Source: Eledone cirrhosa
Lineage: Eukaryota
Reading direction: 5' to 3'
Assembly: GCA_964016885.1 (NCBI GenBank)
Contig: OZ024741.1
Span: 282,596,001 to 282,660,000, forward strand
DNA length: 64,000 bases
Shown: positions 41,601 through 54,869 of the stretch, in pieces
Layout: each line of letters begins with the position of its first letter
Numbering within the stretch: position 1 is the first letter of the stretch
The notes under the pieces: generated by a model
What the model saw: the letters and a program-made list of their open reading frames with translations, nothing else
The model's database searches: none
What the model was told of the DNA's origin: nothing
Program-made: the position numbers and the translations under genes

Positions 41601-43900
41601 AAACACCAAGTATGGTGTGTCTATCTCTATCTAATAAACACCAAGTATCGTGTGCCTGTCTCTATCTAATAAACACCAAGTATGGTGTGTCTATCTCTAT
41701 CTAATAAACATCAAGTATAGTGTGTCTGTCTCTATCTAATAAACACCAAGTATGGTGTGTCTGTCTCTATCTAATAAACACCACTGTGGTGTGTCTGTCT
41801 CTATCTAATAAACACCAAGTGTGGTGTGTCTGTCTCTATCTAATAAACACCAAGTATGGTGTGTCTGTCTCTATCTAATAAACACCAAGTGTGGTGTATC
41901 TGTCTCTATCTAATAAACACCAAGTGTGGTGTGTCTGTCTCTATCTAATAAACACCAAGTATGGTGTGTCTGTCTCTATCTAATAAACACCAAGTGTGGT
42001 GTATCTGTCTCTATCTAATAAACACCAAGTATGGTGTGCCTGTCTCTATCTAATAAACACGAAGTGTGGTGTGTCTATCTTTATCTAATAAAAACCAAGT
42101 ATGGTGTATCTGTCTCTATCAAATAAACACCAAGTATGGTGTGTCTGTCTCTATCTAATAAACACCACTGTGGTGTGTCTGTCTCTATCTAATAAACACC
42201 AAGTGTGGTGTATCTGTCTCTATCTAATAAACACCAAGTGTGGTGTGTCTGTCTCTATCTAATAAACACCAAGTATTGTGTGCCTGTCTCTATCAAATAA
42301 ACACCAAGTATGGTGTGTCTATCTCTATCTAATAAACATCAAGTATAGTGTGTCTGTCTCTATCTAATAAACACCAAGTATGGTGTGTCTGTCTCTATCT
42401 AATAAACACCACTGTGGTGTGTCTGTCTCTATCTAATAAACACCAAGTGTGGTGTGTCTGTCTCTATCTAATAAACACCAAGTATGGTGTGTCTGTCTCT
42501 ATCTAATAAACACCAAGTATGGTGTGTCTATCTCTATCTAATAAACACCAAGAGTGGTGTGTCTATCTCTATCTAATAAACACCAAGTGTGGTGTGTCTA
42601 TCTCTATCTAATAAACACCAAGTATGGTGTGTCTATCTCTATCTAATAAACACCAAGTATGGTGTGTCTATCTCTATCTAATAAACACCAAGTATGGTGT
42701 GTCTATCTCTATCTAATAAACACCAAGTATGGTGTGTCTATCTCTATCTAATAAACACCAAGTATGGTGTGTCTGTCTCTATCTAATAAACACCAAGTAT
42801 GCTGTGTCTGTCTCTATCTAATAAACACCAAGTGTGGTGTGTCTGTCTCTATCTAATAAACACCAAGTGTGGTGTATCTATCTCTATCTAATAAACACCA
42901 AGTATGATGTGTCTGTCTCTATCTAATAAACACCAAGTGTGGTGTGTCTATCTTTATCTAATAAAAACCAAGTATGGTGTGTCTGTCTCTATCTAATAAA
43001 CACCAAGTGTGGTGTATCTATCTCTATCTAATAAACACCAAGTATGATGTGCCTGTCTCTATCAAATAAACACCAAGTATGGTGTGTCTATCTCTATCTA
43101 ATAAACACCAAGTGTGGTGTGTCTGTCTCTATCTAATAAAGACCAAGTATAGTGTGTCTGTCTCTATCTAATTAACACCAAGTATGGTGTGTCTGTCTCT
43201 ATCTAATAAACACCACTGTGGTGTGTCTGTCTCTATCTAATAAACACCAAGTGTGGTGTGTCTGTCTCTATCTAATAAACACCAAGTATGGTGTGTCTGT
43301 CTCTATCTAATAAACACCAAGTGTGGTGTATCTGTCTCTATCTAATAAACACCAAGTGTGGTGTGTCTGTCTCTATCTAATAAACACCAAGTATGGTGTG
43401 TCTGTCTCTATCTAATAAACACCAAGTATTGTGTGTCTGTCTCTATCTAATAAACACCAAGTGTGGTGTGTCTATCTCTATCTAATAAACACCAAGTGTG
43501 GTGTGTCTGTCTCTATCTAATAAACACCAAGTGTGGTGTGTCTGTCTCTATCTAATAAACACCAAGTGTGGTGTATCTGTCTCTATCTAATAAAAAGCAA
43601 GTGTGGTGTGTCTATCTTTATCTAATAAACACCAAGTATGGTGTGTCTGTCTCTATCTAATAAACACCAAGTGTGGTGTGTCTATCTTTATCTAATAAAA
43701 ACCAAGTATGGTGTGTCTGTCTCTATCTAATAAACACCAAGTGTGGTGTATCAATCTCTATCTAATAAACACCAAGTGTGGTGTGTCTGTCTCTATCTAA
43801 TAAACACCAAGTATGGTGTGTCTGTCTCTATCTAATAAACACCAAGTGTGGTGTATCTGTCTCTATCTAATAAACACCAAGTGTGGTGTGTCTGTCTCTA
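32700..43900 (+). repeat. Imperfect, indel-interrupted duplications (periods ~2.3-2.6 kb and ~7.0-7.2 kb)
   Basis: AAAGACC at 36144/38733/43138; TATTTAAT at 37572/39881 (offset 2309); AAATACC at ~33771/40905 (7134); CCAC 34048/41217 (7169). Offsets drift by whole monomers. Confidence 0.72.
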
Positions 43901-44559
43901 TCTAATAAACACCAAGTATGGTGTGTCTGTCTCTATCTAATAAACAGCAAGTATGGTGTGTCTGTCTCTATCTAATAAACACCAAGTGTGGTGTGTCTGT
44001 CTCTATCTAATAAACACCAAGTATGGTGTGTCTGTCTCTATCTAATAAACACCAAGTATGGTGTGTCTATCTCTATCTAATAAACACCAAGTGTGGTGTG
44101 TCTATCTGTATCTAATAAACACCAAGTATGGTGTGTCTATCTCTATCTAATAAACACCAAGTGTGGTGTGTCTATCTCTATCTAATAAACACCAAGTATC
44201 GTGTGCCTGTCTCTATCTAATAAACACCAAGTATGGTGTGTCTATCTCTATCTAATAAACACCAAGTATCGTGTGCCTGTCTCTATCTAATAAACACCAA
44301 GTGTGGTGTGTCTATCTCTATCTAATAAACACCAAGTATGGTGTGTCTATCTCTATCTAATAAACACCAAGTATGGTGTGTCTATCTCTATCTAATAAAC
44401 ATCAAGTATAGTGTGTCTGTCTCTATCTAATAAACACCAAGTATGGTGTGTCTGTCTCTATCTAATAAACACCACTGTGGTGTGTCTGTCTCTATCTAAT
44501 AAACACCAAGTGTGGTGTGTCTGTCTCTATCTAATAAACACCAAGTGTGGTGTGTCTGT

Positions 44560-47500
44560 CTCTATCTAATAAACACCAAGTATGCTGTGTCTGTCTCTAT
44601 CTAATAAACACCAAGTGTGGTGTGTCTGTCTCTATCTAATAAACACCAAGTGTGGTGTATCTATCTCTATCTAATAAACACCAAGTATGATGTGTCTGTC
44701 TCTATCTAATAAACACCAAGTATGGTGTGTCTGTCTCTATCTAATAAACACCAAGTATGGTGTGTCTGTCTCTATCTAATAAACACCAAGTGTGGTGTGT
44801 CTGTCTCTATCTAATAAACACCAAGTGTGGTGTATCTGTCTCTATCTAATAAAAAGCAAGTGTGGTGTGTCTATCTTTATCTAATAAACACCAAGTATGG
44901 TGTGTCTGTCTCTATCTAATAAACACCAAGTGTGGTGTGTCTATCTTTATCTAATAAAAACCAAGTATGGTGTGTCTGTCTCTATCTAATAAACACCAAG
45001 TGTGGTGTATCAATCTCTATCTAATAAACACCAAGTGTGGTGTGTCTATCTTTATCTAATAAAAACCAAGTATGGTGTGTCTGTCTCTATCTAATAATCA
45101 CCAAGTGTGGTGTATCTGTCTCTATCTAATAAACACCAAGTGTGGTGTGTCTGTCTCTATCTAATAAACACCAAGTATTGTGTGCCTGTCTCTATCAAAT
45201 AAACACCAAGTATGGTGTGTCTGTCTCTATCTAATAAACACCAAGTATGGTGTGTCTGTCTCTATCTAATAAACACCAAGTGTGGTGTGTCTGTCTCTAT
45301 CTAATAAACACCAACTATGGTGTGTCTATCTCTATCTAATAAACATCAAGTATAGTGTGTCTGTCTCTATCTAATAAACACCACTGTGGTGTGTCTGTCT
45401 CTATCTAATAAACACCAAGTATGGTGTGTCTGTCTCTATCTAATAAACACCACTGTGGTGTGTCTGTCTCTATCTAATAAACACCAAGTGTGGTGTGTCT
45501 GTCTCTATCTAATAAACACCAAGTATGGTGTGTCTGTCTCTATCTAATAAACACCAAGTGTGGTGTATCTGTCTCTATCTAATAAACACCAAGTGTGGTG
45601 TGTCTGTCTCTATCTAATAAACACCAAGTATGGTGTGTATGTCTCTATCTAATAAACACCAAGTATTGTGTGCCTGTCTCTATCAAATAAACACCAAGTA
45701 TGGTGTGTCTGTCTCTATCTAATAATCACCAAGTATGGTGTGTCTGTCTCTATCTAATAAACACCAAGTATTGTGTGCCTGTCTCTATCAAATAAACACC
45801 AAGTATTGTGTGTCTGTCTCTATCTAATAATCACCAAGTATGGTGTGTCTGTCTCTATCTAATAAACACCAAGTGTGGTGTGTCTATCTCTATCTAATAA
45901 ACACCAAGTGTGGTGTGTCTGTCTCTATCTAATAAACACCAAGTGTGGTGTATCTGTCTCTATCTAATAAAAAGCAAGTGTGGTGTGTCTATCTTTATCT
46001 AATAAACACCAAGTATGGTGTGTCTGTCTCTATCTAATAAACACCAAGTGTGGTGTATCAATCTCTATCTATTAAACACCAAGTGTGGTGTGTCTGTCTC
46101 TATCTAACAAACACCAAGTATGGTGTGTCTGCCTCTATCTAATAAACACCAAGTGTGGTGTATCTGTCTCTATCTAATAAACACCAAGTGTGGTGTGTCT
46201 GTCTCTATCTAATAAACACCAAGTATGGTGTGTCTGTCTCTATCTAATAAACACCAAGTATGGTGTGTCTGTCTCTATCTAATAAACACCAAGTGTGGTG
46301 TGTCTGTCTCTATCTAATAAACACCAAGTATGGTGTGTCTGTCTCTATCTAATAAACACCAAGTGTGGTGTATCTGTCTCTATCTAATAAACACCAAGTG
46401 TGGTGTGTCTGTCTCTATCTAATAAACACCAAGTATGGTGTGTCTGTCTCTATCTAATAAACAGCAAGTATGGTGTGTCTGTCTCTATCTAATAAACACC
46501 AAGTGTGGTGTGTCTGTCTCTATCTAATAAACACCAAGTATGGTGTGTCTGTCTCTATCTAATAAACACCAAGTATGGTGTGTCTATCTCTATCTAATAA
46601 ACACCAAGTGTGGTGTGTCTATATCTATCTAATAAACACCAAGTGTGGTGTGTCTATCTCTATCTAATAAACACCAAGTATGGTGTGTCTATCTCTATCT
46701 AATAAACACCAAGTATGGTGTGTCTATCTCTATCTAATAAACACCAAGTATCGTGTGCCTGTCTCTATCTAATAAACACCAAGTATGGTGTGTCTATCTC
46801 TATGTAATAAACACCAAGTATGGTGTGTCTGTCTCTATCTAATAAACACCAAGTATGCTGTGTCTGTCTCTATCTAATAAACACCAAGTGTGGTGTGTCT
46901 GTCTCTATCTAATAAACACCAAGTGTGGTGTATCTATCTCTATCTAATAAACACCAAGTATGATGTGTCTGTCTCTATCTAATAAACACCAAGTATGGTG
47001 TGTCTGTCTCTATCTAATAAACACCAAGTATGGTGTGTCTGTCTCTATCTAATAAACACCAAGTGTGGTGTGTCTGTCTCTATCTAATAAACACCAAGTG
47101 TGGTGTATCTGTCTCTATCTAATAAAAAGCAAGTGTGGTGTGTCTATCTTTATCTAATAAAAACCAAGTATGGTGTGTCTGTCTCTATCTAATAAACACC
47201 AAGTGTGGTGTGTCTATCTTTATCTAATAAAAACCAAGTATGGTGTGTCTGTCTCTATCTAATAAACACCAAGTGTGGTGTATCAATCTCTATCTAATAA
47301 ACACCAAGTGTGGTGTGTCTATCTTTATCTAATAAAAACCAAGTATGGTGTGTCTGTCTCTATCTAATAATCACCAAGTGTGGTGTATCTGTCTCTATCT
47401 AATAAACACCAAGTGTGGTGTGTCTGTCTCTATCTAATAAACACCAAGTATTGTGTGCCTGTCTCTATCAAATAAACACCAAGTATGGTGTGTCTGTCTC

Positions 47501-49150
47501 TATCTAATAAACACCAAGTATGGTGTGTCTGTCTCTATCTAATAAACACCAAGTGTGGTGTGTCTGTCTCTATCTAATAAACACCAACTATGGTGTGTCT
47601 ATCTCTATCTAATAAACATCAAGTATAGTGTGTCTGTCTCTATCTAATAAACACCACTGTGGTGTGTCTGTCTCTATCTAATAAACACCAAGTATGGTGT
47701 GTCTGTCTCTATCTAATAAACACCACTGTGGTGTGTCTGTCTCTATCTAATAAACACCAAGTGTGGTGTGTCTGTCTCTATCTAATAAACACCAAGTATG
47801 GTGTGTCTGTCTCTATCTAATAAACACCAAGTGTGGTGTATCTGTCTCTATCTAATAAACACCAAGTGTGGTGTGTCTGTCTCTATCTAATAAACACCAA
47901 GTATGGTGTGTCTGTCTCTATCTAATAAACACCAAGAATTGTGTGCCTGTCTCTATCAAATAAACACCAAGTATGGTGTGTCTGTCTCTATCTAATAATC
48001 ACCAAGTATGGTGTGTCTGTCTCTATCTAATAAACACCAAGTATTGTGTGCCTGTCTCTATCAAATAAACACCAAGTATTGTGTGTCTGTCTCTATCTAA
48101 TAATCACCAAGTATGGTGTGTCTGTCTCTATCTAATAAACACCAAGTGTGGTGTGTCTATCTCTATCTAATAAACACCAAGTGTGGTGTGTCTGTCTCTA
48201 TCTAATAAACACCAAGTGTGGTGTATCTGTCTCTATCTAATAAAAAGCAAGTGTGGTGTGTCTATCTTTATCTAATAAACACCAAGTATGGTGTGTCTGT
48301 CTCTATCTAATAAACACCAAGTGTGGTGTATCAATCTCTATCTAATAAACACCAAGTGTGGTGTGTCTGTCTCTATCTAATAAACACCAAGTATGGTGTG
48401 TCTGCCTCTATCTAATAAACACCAAGTGTGGTGTATCTGTCTCTATCTAATAAACACCAAGTGTGGTGTGTCTGTCTCTATCTAATAAACACCAAGTATG
48501 GTGTGTCTGTCTCTATCTAATAAACACCAAGTATGGTGTGTCTGTCTCTATCTAATAAACACCAAGTGTGGTGTGTCTGTCTCTATCTAATAAACACCAA
48601 GTATGGTGTGTCTGTCTCTATCTAATAAACACCAAGTGTGGTGTATCTGTCTCTATCTAATAAACACCAAGTGTGGTGTGTCTGTCTCTATCTAATAAAC
48701 ACCAAGTATGGTGTGTCTGTCTCTATCTAATAAACAGCAAGTATGGTGTGTCTGTCTCTATCTAATAAACACCAAGTGTGGTGTGTCTGTCTCTATCTAA
48801 TAAACACCAAGTATGGTGTGTCTGTCTCTATCTAATAAACACCAAGTATGGTGTGTCTATCTCTATCTAATAAACACCAAGTGTGGTGTGTCTATATCTA
48901 TCTAATAAACACCAAGTGTGGTGTGTCTATCTCTATCTAATAAACACCAAGTATGGTGTGTCTATCTCTATCTAATAAACACCAAGTATGGTGTGTCTAT
49001 CTCTATCTAATAAACACCAAGTATCGTGTGCCTGTCTCTATCTAATAAACACCAAGTATGGTGTGTCTATCTCTATGTAATAAACACCAAGTATGGTGTG
49101 TCTGTCTCTATCTAATAAACACCAAGTATGCTGTGTCTGTCTCTATCTAA
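44560..49150 (+). repeat. 65-monomer (2273 bp) higher-order repeat, 2 copies
   Basis: CCAACTATGG monomers at 45306/47579 and paired CCAC variants 45376+45445 / 47649+47718. The CTGCCTC, ATATCT and TATGTAAT variants repeat in register. Confidence 0.9.
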
Positions 49151-52100
49151 TAAACACGAAGTGTGGTGTGTCTGTCTCTATCTAATAAACACCAAGTATG
49201 GTGTGTCTGTCTCTATCTAATAAACACCAAGCGTGGTGTGTCTGTCTCTATCTAATAAACACCAAGTATGGTGTGTCTGTCTCTATCTAATAAACACCAA
49301 GTGTGGTGTGTCTGTCTCTATCTAATAAACACCAAGTGTGGTGTGTCTGTCTCTATCTAATAAACACCAAGTATGGTGTGTCTGTCTCTATCTAATAAAC
49401 ACCAAGTGTGGTGTATCTGTCTCTATCTAATAAACACCAAGTGTGGTGTGTCTGTATCTAATAAACACCAAGTATTGTGTGCCTGTCTCTATCAAATAAA
49501 CACCAAGTATGGTGTGTCTATCTCTATCTAATAAACATCAAGTATAGTGTGTCTGTCTCTATCTAATAAACACCAAGTATGGTGTGTCTGTCTCTATCTA
49601 ATAAACACGAAGTGTGGTGTGTCTATCTCTATCTAATAAACACCAAGTGTGGTGTGTCTGTCTCTATCTAATAAACACCAAGTGTGGTGTATCTGTCTCT
49701 ATCTAATAAACACCAAGTGTGGTGTATCTGTCTCTATCTAATAAACACCAAGTGTGGTGTGTCTGTCTCTATCTAATAAACACCAGGTATGGTGTGTCTG
49801 TCTCTATCTAATAAACACCAAGTATGGTGTGTCTGTCTCTATCTAATAAAAACCAAGTATGTTGTGTCTGTCTCTATCTAATAAACACCAAGTATGGTGT
49901 GTCTGTCTCTATCTAATAAACACCAAGTATGGTGTGTCTGTCTCTATCTAATAAACACCAAGTGTGGTGTGTCTGTCTCTATCTAATAAACACCAAGTGT
50001 GGTGTATCTATCTCTATCTAATAAACACAAAGTGTGGTGTATCTATCTCTATCTAATAAACACCAAGTATGTTGTGTCTGTCTCTATCTAATAAACACCA
50101 AGTATGGTGTGTCTGTCTCTATCTAATAAACACCAAGTGTGGTGTATCTATCTCTATCTAATAAACACAAAGTGTGGTGTATCTATCTCTATCTAATAAA
50201 CACCAAGTATGGTGTGTCTGTCTCTATCTAATAAAACCAAGTCTGGTGTGTCTGTCTCTATCTAATAAACACCAAGTATGGTGTGTCTGTCTCTATTTAA
50301 TAAACACCAAGTGTGGTGTGTCTATCTTTATCTAATAAACACCAAGTATGGTGTGTCTGTCTCTATCTAATAAACACCAAGTGTGGTGTGTCTATCTTTA
50401 TCTAATAAAAACCAAGTATGGTGTGTCTGTCTCTATCTAATAAACACCAAGTGTGGTGTATCAATCTCTATCTAATAAACACCAAGTGTGGTGTGTCTGT
50501 CTCTATCTAATAAACACCAAGTATGGTGTGTCTGTCTCTATCTAATAAACACCAAGTGTGGTGTATCTGTCTCTATCTAATAAACACCAAGTGTGGTGTG
50601 TCTGTCTCTATCTAATAAACACCATGTATGGTGTGTCTGTCTCTATCTAATAAACACCAAGTGTGGTGTATCAATCTCTATCTAATAAACACCAAGTGTG
50701 GTGTGTCTGTCTCTATCTAATAAACACCAAGTATGGTGTGTCTGTCTCTATCTAATAAACACCAAGTGTGGTGTATCTGTCTCTATCTAATAAACACCAA
50801 GTGTGGTGTGTCTGTCTCTATCTAATAAACACCAAGTGTGGTGTGTCTGTCTCTATCTAATAAACACCAAGTGTGGTGTGTCTGTCTCTATCTAATAAAC
50901 ACCAAGTATGGTGTGTCTGTCTCTATCTAATAAACACCAAGTGTGGTGTATCTGTCTCTATCTAATAAACACCAAGTGTGGTGTGTCTGTCTCTATCTAA
51001 TAAACAGCAAGTATGGTGTGTCTGTCTCGATCTAATAAACACCAAGTATGGTGTGTCTGTCTCTATCTAATAAACACCAAGTGTGGTGTATCAATCTCTA
51101 TCTAATAAACACCAAGTGTGGTGTGTCTGTCTCTATCTAATAAACACCAAGTGTGGTGTATCTGTCTCTATCTAATAAACACCAAGTATGGTGTATCTGT
51201 CTCTATCTAATAAACACCAAGTGTGGTGTGTCTGTCTCTATCTAATAAACACCAAGTATGGTGTGTCTGTCTCTATCTAATAAACACCAAGTGTGGTGTG
51301 TCTATCTCTATCTAATAAACACCAAGTATGGTGTGTCTATCTCTATCTAATAAACACCAAGTATGGTGTGTCTATCTCTATCTAATAAACACCAAGTATC
51401 GTGTGCCTGTCTCTATCTAATAAACACCAAGTATGGTGTGTCTATCTCTATCTAATAAACATCAAGTATAGTGTGTCTGTCTCTATCTAATAAACACCAA
51501 GTATGGTGTGTCTGTCTCTATCTAATAAACACCACTGTGGTGTGTCTGTCTCTATCTAATAAACACCAAGTGTGGTGTGTCTGTCTCTATCTAATAAACA
51601 CCAAGTATGGTGTGTCTGTCTCTATCTAATAAACACCAAGTGTGGTGTATCTGTCTCTATCTAATAAACACCAAGTGTGGTGTGTCTGTCTCTATCTAAT
51701 AAACACCAAGTATGGTGTGTCTGTCTCTATCTAATAAACACCAAGTATTGTGTGTCTGTCTCTATCTAATAAACACCAAGTATGGTGTGTCTATCTCTAT
51801 CTAATAAACACCAAGTATGGTGTGTCTATCTCTATCTAATAAACACCAAGTGTGGTGTGTCTATCTCTATCTAATAAACACCAAGTATGGTGTGTCTATC
51901 TCTATCTAATAAACACCAAGTATGGTGTGTCTATCTCTATCTAATAAACACCAAGTATCGTGTGCCTGTCTCTATCTAATAAACACCAAGTATGGTGTGT
52001 CTATCTCTATCTAATAAACATCAAGTATAGTGTGTCTGTCTCTATCTAATAAACACCAAGTATGGTGTGTCTGTCTCTATCTAATAAACACCACTGTGGT

Positions 52101-54869
52101 GTGTCTGTCTCTATCTAATAAACACCAAGTGTGGTGTGTCTGTCTCTATCTAATAAACACCAAGTATGGTGTGTCTGTCTCTATCTAATAAACACCAAGT
52201 GTGGTGTATCTGTCTCTATCTAATAAACACCAAGTGTGGTGTGTCTGTCTCTATCTAATAAACACCAAGTATGGTGTGTCTGTCTCTATCTAATAAACAC
52301 CAAGTGTGGTGTATCTGTCTCTATCTATTAAACACCAAGTATGGTGTGCCTGTCTCTATCTAATAAACACGAAGTGTGGTGTGTCTATCTTTATCTAATA
52401 AAAACCAAGTATGGTGTATCTGTCTCTATCAAATAAACACCAAGTATGGTGTGTCTGTCTCTATCTAATAAACACCACTGTGGTGTGTCTGTCTCTATCT
52501 AATAAACACCAAGTGTGGTGTATCTGTCTCTATCTAATAAACACCAAGTGTGGTGTGTCTGTCTCTATCTAATAAACACCAAGTATTGTGTGCCTGTCTC
52601 TATCAAATAAACACCAAGTATGGTGTGTCTATCTCTATCTAATAAACATCAAGTATAGTGTGTCTGTCTCTATCTAATAAACACCAAGTATGGTGTGTCT
52701 GTCTCTATCTAATAAACACCACTGTGGTGTGTCTGTCTCTATCTAATAAACACCAAGTGTGGTGTGTCTGTCTCTATCTAATAAACACCAAGTATGGTGT
52801 GTCTGTCTCTATCTAATAAACACCAAGTATGGTGTGTCTATCTCTATCTAATAAACACCAAGAGTGGTGTGTCTATCTCTATCTAATAAACACCAAGTGT
52901 GGTGTGTCTATCTCTATCTAATAAACACCAAGTATGGTGTGTCTATCTCTATCTAATAAACACCAAGTATGGTGTGTCTATCTCTATCTAATAAACACCA
53001 AGTATGGTGTGTCTATCTCTATCTAATAAACACCAAGTATGGTGTGTCTATCTCTATCTAATAAACACCAAGTATGGTGTGTCTGTCTCTATCTAATAAA
53101 CACCAAGTATGCTGTGTCTGTCTCTATCTAATAAACACCAAGTGTGGTGTGTCTGTCTCTATCTAATAAACACCAAGTGTGGTGTATCTATCTCTATCTA
53201 ATAAACACCAAGTATGATGTGTCTGTCTCTATCTAATAAACACCAAGTGTGGTGTGTCTATCTTTATCTAATAAAAACCAAGTATGGTGTGTCTGTCTCT
53301 ATCTAATAAACACCAAGTGTGGTGTATCTATCTCTATCTAATAAACACCAAGTATGATGTGCCTGTCTCTATCAAATAAACACCAAGTATGGTGTGTCTA
53401 TCTCTATCTAATAAACACCAAGTGTGGTGTGTCTGTCTCTATCTAATAAAGACCAAGTATAGTGTGTCTGTCTCTATCTAATTAACACCAAGTATGGTGT
53501 GTCTGTCTCTATCTAATAAACACCACTGTGGTGTGTCTGTCTCTATCTAATAAACACCAAGTGTGGTGTGTCTGTCTCTATCTAATAAACACCAAGTATG
53601 GTGTGTCTGTCTCTATCTAATAAACACCAAGTGTGGTGTATCTGTCTCTATCTAATAAACACCAAGTGTGGTGTGTCTGTCTCTATCTAATAAACACCAA
53701 GTATGGTGTGTCTGTCTCTATCTAATAAACACCAAGTATTGTGTGTCTGTCTCTATCTAATAAACACCAAGTGTGGTGTGTCTATCTCTATCTAATAAAC
53801 ACCAAGTGTGGTGTGTCTGTCTCTATCTAATAAACACCAAGTGTGGTGTGTCTGTCTCTATCTAATAAACACCAAGTGTGGTGTATCTGTCTCTATCTAA
53901 TAAAAAGCAAGTGTGGTGTGTCTATCTTTATCTAATAAACACCAAGTATGGTGTGTCTGTCTCTATCTAATAAACACCAAGTGTGGTGTGTCTATCTTTA
54001 TCTAATAAAAACCAAGTATGGTGTGTCTGTCTCTATCTAATAAACACCAAGTGTGGTGTATCAATCTCTATCTAATAAACACCAAGTGTGGTGTGTCTGT
54101 CTCTATCTAATAAACACCAAGTATGGTGTGTCTGTCTCTATCTAATAAACACCAAGTGTGGTGTATCTGTCTCTATCTAATAAACACCAAGTGTGGTGTG
54201 TCTGTCTCTATCTAATAAACACCAAGTATGGTGTGTCTGTCTCTATCTAATAAACAGCAAGTATGGTGTGTCTGTCTCTATCTAATAAACACCAAGTGTG
54301 GTGTGTCTGTCTCTATCTAATAAACACCAAGTATGGTGTGTCTGTCTCTATCTAATAAACACCAAGTATGGTGTGTCTATCTCTATCTAATAAACACCAA
54401 GTGTGGTGTGTCTATCTGTATCTAATAAACACCAAGTATGGTGTGTCTATCTCTATCTAATAAACACCAAGTGTGGTGTGTCTATCTCTATCTAATAAAC
54501 ACCAAGTATCGTGTGCCTGTCTCTATCTAATAAACACCAAGTATGGTGTGTCTATCTCTATCTAATAAACACCAAGTATCGTGTGCCTGTCTCTATCTAA
54601 TAAACACCAAGTGTGGTGTGTCTATCTCTATCTAATAAACACCAAGTATGGTGTGTCTATCTCTATCTAATAAACACCAAGTATGGTGTGTCTATCTCTA
54701 TCTAATAAACATCAAGTATAGTGTGTCTGTCTCTATCTAATAAACACCAAGTATGGTGTGTCTGTCTCTATCTAATAAACACCACTGTGGTGTGTCTGTC
54801 TCTATCTAATAAACACCAAGTGTGGTGTGTCTGTCTCTATCTAATAAACACCAAGTGTGGTGTGTCTGT

